This document shows positions 7,796 through 12,827 of a DNA stretch of 12,827 nucleotides, piece after piece. The notes below the pieces were generated by a model. It was not told the origin of the DNA. It was given only the letters and a program-made list of their open reading frames with translations, and made no database searches. This stretch comes from Bdellovibrionia bacterium (lineage in GTDB: Bacteria > Bdellovibrionota > UBA1018). Where the stretch lies: contig JBMSSC010000082.1 in the NCBI GenBank assembly GCA_049424145.1, forward strand, positions 1 through 12,827, given 5' to 3'. The position numbers and the translations under genes were made by a program. Every line of letters starts with the position of its first letter. Within the stretch, counting starts at the first letter, position 1.

Positions 7796-7875
7796 TTGCT
7801 TTCAGCGGTAGTACTTAAAGACAGTCATTTTGAACCCAAGCGGTTTCAAAGAAGAAGAGTAGTGAAGGAGTAATC

Positions 7876-8238
7876 ATGCCTCGCGCAAAACGTGGATTTA
7901 AACGACGACGTCGCCATAATAAGGTTCTAAAAAGAGCCGAAGGCTTTGTTTTAGGAAGAAAAAATAAGTTCAAAAGAACCGCAGAAGCGGTGGATCGCGC
8001 TTTTGTTTACGCGTTCCGCGATCGTCGCGCAAAGAAACGAGAGTTTCGGACCCTCTGGATTGCACGTCTTTCGGCTGCTGCCAATAACAACGGCATTAGC
8101 TACAGCCGCATGATTGCTGCTTTTAAAAAGGCACAAATCAAGTTGGACCGAAAAGTGCTCTCCGACATTGCAATCGTGGATCCGAAAGCCTTCACCGCTT
8201 TGGTGGATCAAGTACGCTCCTTAGCTCCTGCCAATTAA
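7876..8238 (+). CDS. rplT: 50S ribosomal protein L20
   Basis: MPRAKRG...YAFRDRRAKKREFRTLWIARLSAA...LDRKVLSDIAI. SD AAGGAG at 7865-7870. Confidence 0.98.
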   Translation: MPRAKRGFKRRRRHNKVLKRAEGFVLGRKNKFKRTAEAVDRAFVYAFRDRRAKKREFRTLWIARLSAAANNNGISYSRMIAAFKKAQIKLDRKVLSDIAIVDPKAFTALVDQVRSLAPAN

Positions 8239-8239
8239 G

Positions 8240-8267
8240 AGCTTCTCACCTCCATGATTGAGAAGCT
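8240..8267 (+). promoter_or_regulatory. Perfect 9-bp hairpin enclosing the pheS start codon
   Basis: AGCTTCTCA (8240-8248) is the exact reverse complement of TGAGAAGCT (8259-8267). The 10-nt loop CCTCCATGAT contains the ATG at 8254. Confidence 0.5.
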
Positions 8268-9285
8268 GAGTGCGATCGGCGCTCAAGCACTCCAAGAGAT
8301 TGAGCGTGCAGAGAGTTTAGAGTCGTTAGAGCAGTTAAGGATCTCAGTTTTAGGAAAAAAAGGCGCATTAAGCGAAGTTCTCAAGGGGCTAGGAGGAGTT
8401 GATCCTTCTCTTCGTCCTCAGATGGGAAGTGCTGCCAATGAGTGGAAACGTAAGATCGAATCGGCTCTTGAAGTCCGTCAAGGAGTCTTAGAGGAAGCAG
8501 CCTTAGCAGCAAGGCTTCGCAGTGAGAAAATTGATGTATCGGCGCCGTCACGACGCCTTCATCGAGGCTCTTTGCATGTGATCACTCAGACGACCCAGAG
8601 GATGATTCAGATTTTCTCTCGCCTTGGGTTTGATTTGACCACCGGTCCTGAAGTGGAGACGGAGTTCTTAAATTTTGAGGCGGTCAATATCCCTGCGGAC
8701 CATCCAGCCCGGGATATGCAGGATACGTTTTTCTTAGGCCCGCAAGTGGTTTTAAGAACCCATACGTCATCAGTCCAAATGAGAGCCATGCTCTCCCAAT
8801 CTTGGCCTCTTCGCATTCTTTCCCCGGGGGCCGTGTACCGGTGTGATCACGATGCCACGCACTCTCCGATGTTTCATCAGCTCGAGGGGCTCTGGATTGA
8901 TCGCAAAGTCAGGATGAGCGACCTCAAGGGGGTGCTGGAGTACTGGGCTCGAGAGCTCTTTGGTTCAGGAACTCAGATTCGGTTACGTCCCAGCCATTTT
9001 CCCTTCGTGGAGCCCGGGGCTGAGGTCGATGTGAGTTGCTTTCAATGTCGAGTGAAACCCTTAGATTCGTGTCGGGTTTGTCGAGGCTCAGGTTGGCTAG
9101 AGGTCTTAGGAGCCGGCATGGTTCATCCCAAGTTATTTGACATGGCAGGCTATGACTCTCGACCGGATGACCTCAGTGGCTTTGCCTTTGGGGTCGGTGT
9201 AGAACGCATTGCGATGCTTTTACATCAGGTTCCCGACTTGCGTCTTTTGTTTCAGGGCGACATGAGGCTGTTGGATCAGTTCTAG
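8254..9285 (+). CDS. pheS: Phenylalanine--tRNA ligase alpha subunit
   Basis: HPARDMQDTF, LRTHTS, GAVYRCDHDATHSPMFHQLEGL, FPFVEPGAEVD, GFAFGVGVERIAML. Includes a CxxC...CxxC insert (CFQC...CRVC). Confidence 0.98.
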   Translation: MIEKLSAIGAQALQEIERAESLESLEQLRISVLGKKGALSEVLKGLGGVDPSLRPQMGSAANEWKRKIESALEVRQGVLEEAALAARLRSEKIDVSAPSRRLHRGSLHVITQTTQRMIQIFSRLGFDLTTGPEVETEFLNFEAVNIPADHPARDMQDTFFLGPQVVLRTHTSSVQMRAMLSQSWPLRILSPGAVYRCDHDATHSPMFHQLEGLWIDRKVRMSDLKGVLEYWARELFGSGTQIRLRPSHFPFVEPGAEVDVSCFQCRVKPLDSCRVCRGSGWLEVLGAGMVHPKLFDMAGYDSRPDDLSGFAFGVGVERIAMLLHQVPDLRLLFQGDMRLLDQF

Positions 9286-9365
9286 GGGCCTGATGCTTTT
9301 GCCTCAAACGACTCGATCCGCCCGGTCAGAATGCATCTCGTTTTGACGGTACGATCAGACCCTTA
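9283..9365 (+). other. Long imperfect stem-loop in the pheS-pheT intergenic region
   Basis: TAGGGGCCTGAT (9283-9294) pairs with ATCAGACCCTTA (9354-9365) at 11 of 12 positions including one G-U. GCCTCAAACGA (9301-9311) pairs with TCGTTTTGACGGT (9338-9350) with two single-nt bulges. Confidence 0.45.
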
Positions 9366-9396
9366 AAACCCTTCATTTTTGTGAGGTAATTCAATC

Positions 9397-11940
9397 ATGC
9401 GCATTTCTTGGAACTGGCTGTCTGAGCTCGTGGATTTGACTGAACTAAAGGGGCCTGCTGATTTAGCGGAGCGGCTCACGCGACGGGGACTGGAGATCGA
9501 GAGCATCGAATCTCAGGCGCAAGGCTTTGAGCACGTTGTGACGGCTCAGGTATTAGAAAAGACGCAGCACCCGCAAGCCGATCGCTTGAGCGTGTGCCAG
9601 GTTTCATTCGGCCAAGCGGCTCCACTTGAGATTGTCTGTGGGGCTCAGAACTTTAAGGCCGGCGACCGGGTTTGTTTGGCTCAGGTGGGCGCTCACCTTC
9701 CCAACGGGATGAAAATCTCAGCCGGAAAAATCAGAGGCGTTCTCTCCCAGGGGATGCTTTGCTCGGAAGAGGAATTGGGGCTTCAGGAAAAGTCGGAGGG
9801 GATTTTAGTTCTTCCTGCGGATACTCCACTTGGAGTCCCTTTAGCTCAATGGCTAGGGCGGGATGACACGATTTTGACCTTCAAGATCACGCCAAACCGA
9901 GGGGATTGTCTGAGTCACTTTGGCTTGGCCCGAGAAGTAGCTGCAGCCCTGGGCGTTCGCCCAAAAGCGGTTCAGGCTCAGCTTCACCCCTTCACCCACG
10001 GGACAATTTCAGTTCAACTCGAAGCCCAGGACGCTTGCCCTCAGTTTTTCGGTCTACAGATTGAGGGAGTCACGGTGGGTCCTTCCCCCAGCTGGGTGGT
10101 CAAGCGCCTTGAGTCCTTAGGGAGTCGCTCCATCAATAACGTCGTAGATGCCACCAACTTGGTGATGTTTGAGCTCGGGCACCCCATGCATGCCTATGAT
10201 GCTGAGAAGCTTCAAGGCAGCCAGATTCGAGTCAGAACCGCTCAGGCAGGAGAGAAATTAGGACTTTTAGATGGGTCTGAGATCGAGCTTCTGGGATCAG
10301 AGCTTGTGATTGCAGATGAGGCCAAAGCCTTGGCTCTAGCCGGGGTAATGGGAGGCAGTGACTCGGAAGTCACTCTTTCTACGCGCCGTTTATTTTTAGA
10401 GTGTGCCGAGTTTCATCCGTCCTGGGTGAGAAAAGCGTCCTCGCGTCATCAGAGAAAAACGGATGCTGCCTATCGCTTTGAGCGAGGGGTCGATCCACAG
10501 GGTTTGGCCTTGGCTTTAAGGCGTTTGACGGATCTGATTCTGGAGCTTGCAGGAGGCCAGATCAAAGGGGGTGTGCAGGCGTTTTTACCCTCTCGAGACC
10601 CAAATCGTGCCGTAAATCGGGTGATTCCTTTGGCGCCTCATTTTCTCAATGACCTTTTGGGCTTTGAAAGACAGGAATCTCCCCTGACTCCTGCGAGAAT
10701 TCAGGAGATCCTCACAGGGCTTGATTGTCAGATCCAAATCCAAGACTCGCTCTGGAGTGTTACTCCGCCGTCGTATCGGTTAGATCTTCAGATTCGGGAG
10801 GACTTAGCTGAGGAAGTGGCCCGCTCCATAGGCTATGACGCCATTGCCTCCACTCTGCCTGCTTTGTCGAGTTCCCCCGTCTTTGGTGCCTCAGCGGCAA
10901 AGGAAATCTCCGGATTGAATGTGGCCAAGAACTCTTTGGTTTGCTCCGGTCTCCATGAGACGGTGAATTTTGCGTTCACCTCCTGCGAGGCCTTGGCTCG
11001 TTTGGGGATGAAGTCCTCGGTCGTTCTTAAAAATCCATTAAGTGAGGAGTATGAGGCGCTGGTCCCTTCGCTCATTCCTGGGCTCCTTCAGAATGCTTTG
11101 CAGAACTGGAATCATCACTTTGGCTCTGAGCCCTTGGCGATTCGTCTTTTTGAGCTGAGACCTACGTTTGAAGCCAAGCAGGCAGCTTCATCAGCAACGA
11201 CCGAGGCTGAAAAGCCAGGGGTTGGGGGAGTTCATGCTCCCTCCCGGATGGAGACGTCGGTGGCTGAGGCCTGGAAGCTTTCGTGTGTTTTGGCGGGTCC
11301 CCGCTATGCGGAAGGCCTTCGGGCTGAGCGAGGGGAAGTGGACTTTTATGATCTGAAAGCGATCATTGACGGATTATTGACGGATTTAGGATCGCGTGGA
11401 GTGCGCTATCAGCCCTTGAGTGCCTCGCGCGTGAATGAGGCTCATCCGCTATTTTCTCTCTCTCGTTTGTTTCATCCTGGTCAAAGCGTTGAAGTTTTGG
11501 CGGGCAATCAGGTGGCAGGGTATTTCGGTCTCCTTCATCCAGCCAAAGCCAAGGAGTTTAAGTGTCGAGCGCCGCTTTGGATGGCTGAATTGGACTGGGC
11601 AGCGATCCGAAAGCTCTCACGAGATCCGCAAGCCGTGCCGGTGTTTCAGCCTTGGCCCCAGTTCCCCTCCATGGAGCGAGACTTTGCTCTGTTGGTAAAA
11701 AGTGAGGTGACCTCCGAGAAGTTGTGTCAATTAGCCATGAAGTCGGGCAAGCCCATTGCAAAAGTGGCTAAGGTTTTCGATATTTACCGAGGGGCGCCGG
11801 TTCCTGAGGGGATGACGAGTGTGGCCGTACGCGTGACTTTCTATGATGAAACCCGCAGTCTTCAGGAAACTGAGACCGAAGAGGCAGCTCGTCGAATCGT
11901 GGAGTCTTGGAAGAAGGAGCTCGGCGTAGAGCAGCGGTAG
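9397..11940 (+). CDS. pheT: Phenylalanine--tRNA ligase beta subunit
   Basis: HPQADRL, IVCGAQN, IRGVLSQGMLCS, ITPNRGDCLSHFGLARE, RSINNVVDATN, YRFERGVD, DLAEEVARSIGY, FHPGQS and a C-terminal anticodon-binding domain (FPSMERDFALLV). SD GAGGT at 9383-9387. Confidence 0.98.
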   Translation: MRISWNWLSELVDLTELKGPADLAERLTRRGLEIESIESQAQGFEHVVTAQVLEKTQHPQADRLSVCQVSFGQAAPLEIVCGAQNFKAGDRVCLAQVGAHLPNGMKISAGKIRGVLSQGMLCSEEELGLQEKSEGILVLPADTPLGVPLAQWLGRDDTILTFKITPNRGDCLSHFGLAREVAAALGVRPKAVQAQLHPFTHGTISVQLEAQDACPQFFGLQIEGVTVGPSPSWVVKRLESLGSRSINNVVDATNLVMFELGHPMHAYDAEKLQGSQIRVRTAQAGEKLGLLDGSEIELLGSELVIADEAKALALAGVMGGSDSEVTLSTRRLFLECAEFHPSWVRKASSRHQRKTDAAYRFERGVDPQGLALALRRLTDLILELAGGQIKGGVQAFLPSRDPNRAVNRVIPLAPHFLNDLLGFERQESPLTPARIQEILTGLDCQIQIQDSLWSVTPPSYRLDLQIREDLAEEVARSIGYDAIASTLPALSSSPVFGASAAKEISGLNVAKNSLVCSGLHETVNFAFTSCEALARLGMKSSVVLKNPLSEEYEALVPSLIPGLLQNALQNWNHHFGSEPLAIRLFELRPTFEAKQAASSATTEAEKPGVGGVHAPSRMETSVAEAWKLSCVLAGPRYAEGLRAERGEVDFYDLKAIIDGLLTDLGSRGVRYQPLSASRVNEAHPLFSLSRLFHPGQSVEVLAGNQVAGYFGLLHPAKAKEFKCRAPLWMAELDWAAIRKLSRDPQAVPVFQPWPQFPSMERDFALLVKSEVTSEKLCQLAMKSGKPIAKVAKVFDIYRGAPVPEGMTSVAVRVTFYDETRSLQETETEEAARRIVESWKKELGVEQR

Positions 11941-12009
11941 AGTGCCTGAAAACAGGTGTCACGTTTTTTTCATAGCTGAAGAGCGTTTAAGAGCTCTGTG
12001 AGGAACCTC

Positions 12010-12041
12010 TAGTCAACAACTTGAAATGAATGTACTATAAT
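12010..12041 (+). promoter_or_regulatory. Candidate ihfA promoter overlapped by an IHF-binding-site match
   Basis: Perfect TATAAT at 12036-12041, and an overlapping TACTAT (12033-12038) 17 nt from TAGTCA (12010-12015). AGTCAACAACTTG (12011-12023) matches WATCAANNNNTTR with one mismatch. Confidence 0.5.
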
Positions 12042-12089
12042 TAAAAGAGTAATGATTCATTTTAAGATAAGAAAAGAGGAGAGGCTCCA

Positions 12090-12446
12090 GTGGCGATGAC
12101 CAAAGCAGATATCGTGGAAGCTTTGTATGAAAAAGTCGGTTTCTCCAAAAAAGAAGCTGCAGACCTAGTGGAAATGGTCTTTGATACCTTGAAGGGGAGT
12201 TTAGCCAAAGGCAATAAAGTTAAGATCTCAGGCTTTGGCAACTTCGTGGTGCGTGAGAAACGCTCCCGTGTGGGCCGTAATCCTCAAACCGGAGAGAGCA
12301 TTGAGATCAGTGCTCGTCGTGTCCTGACGTTTCGTCCCTCACAGGTCTTAAGAAACGAAGTCAATGAAAGCCTCTCAGGAAAGCCCATGGATCCCAAAGC
12401 AGGTCGATCCAAAGACGATGCAGAAATGGATGATGAAGAGTTTTAG
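12090..12446 (+). CDS. ihfA: Integration host factor subunit alpha
   Basis: MTKADIVE...VKISGFGNFVVREKRSRVGRNPQTGESIEISARRVLTFRPSQ, in its canonical position after pheT. Start is GTG 12090 or ATG 12096, after GAGGAGAGG. Confidence 0.95.
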   Translation: MAMTKADIVEALYEKVGFSKKEAADLVEMVFDTLKGSLAKGNKVKISGFGNFVVREKRSRVGRNPQTGESIEISARRVLTFRPSQVLRNEVNESLSGKPMDPKAGRSKDDAEMDDEEF

Positions 12447-12460
12447 AACTCGGTTTTTTT
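12438..12460 (+). terminator. Weak candidate intrinsic terminator after ihfA
   Basis: GAGTT-TTAG-AACTC (12438-12451) followed by GG and T7 (12454-12460). The stem is short and AT-rich. Confidence 0.25.
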
Positions 12461-12560
12461 CGTCTCAGTCTCGAACTGATTTTCTTTCACTAACCTGAGA
12501 GATCGGGTTGCCGTGTATCCTTGAATTTGACGGGATCGGTTTGGGAGTTCTTCCCTTAAC

Positions 12561-12827
12561 TCAGGGCAGAGGAGTGCGCAGCGGTCGCGCTTCGGTCTGC
12601 TTCAGTTTTTGAGAAAATAGCCTCAAACACAGCACTAAGAGAACGGCTGAAATACTGCTTGCAATCAGGTAGGGAAGCTCTGCGTGGACAGCAAACGTAA
12701 GGAGTCCCATGAACGGGCCCGTGGCTCGAGCCAAGCTCCCCAGTCCCTGCGAGAGACCCAGTGTGGCTCCCTGCTCCGTGGAGCTTGCCGATTGGGAGAT
12801 CAGAGCGCTTAGGCTTGGGTTCACCAG
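12561..12827 (-). CDS. MFS transporter (DHA1/TetA-like), C-terminal part; truncated by the window edge
   Basis: NPSLSALISQSAS..EQGATLGLSQGLGSLARATGP followed by two TM helices is typical of the last MFS helices. The frame is open to the window end. Confidence 0.85.
   Translation of the reverse strand: MVNPSLSALISQSASSTEQGATLGLSQGLGSLARATGPFMGLLTFAVHAELPYLIASSISAVLLVLCLRLFSQKLKQTEARPLRTPLP

Noticed and set aside
8241..8251. GCTTCTCACCT resembling a segment of the Firmicutes L20 leader
   Set aside because: It lies downstream of rplT in a 15-nt gap, with no room for the rest of that structure. The local hairpin explains it better.
9030..9090. CxxC...CxxC insert in PheS
   Set aside because: A common feature of many bacterial PheS proteins; not novel.
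1..12827. CRISPR arrays, tRNA or rRNA genes
   Set aside because: None recognised by eye in any intergenic region.

Overview
Bacterial genomic window. The IhfA, L35 and L20 sequences look deltaproteobacterial/Bdellovibrionota-like, which is an inference from sequence style only. The right half is a core translation cluster, rpmI-rplT-pheS-pheT-ihfA, with no thrS/infC directly upstream, followed by the 3' end of a convergent MFS transporter. The left half is accessory. It holds a probable right end of an IS200/IS605-type (TnpB-associated) element at 1-73 and a signal-peptide-bearing ankyrin-repeat protein with an unexplained C-terminal domain carrying a His/Cys motif. It also holds an orphan Rieske oxygenase, a membrane protein, a BBP2-type outer-membrane porin and an OPT-family transporter. 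The leads most worth a second look are the ankyrin protein's C-terminal domain, the IS end whose predicted guide is antisense to that gene's 3' end, and several structured intergenic elements. These are a hairpin burying the SD-less pheS start, a long pheS-pheT stem-loop, a candidate L20 leader, an IHF site in the ihfA promoter, and alternative pairings over the porin RBS. No complete novel system can be proven from the sequence alone.
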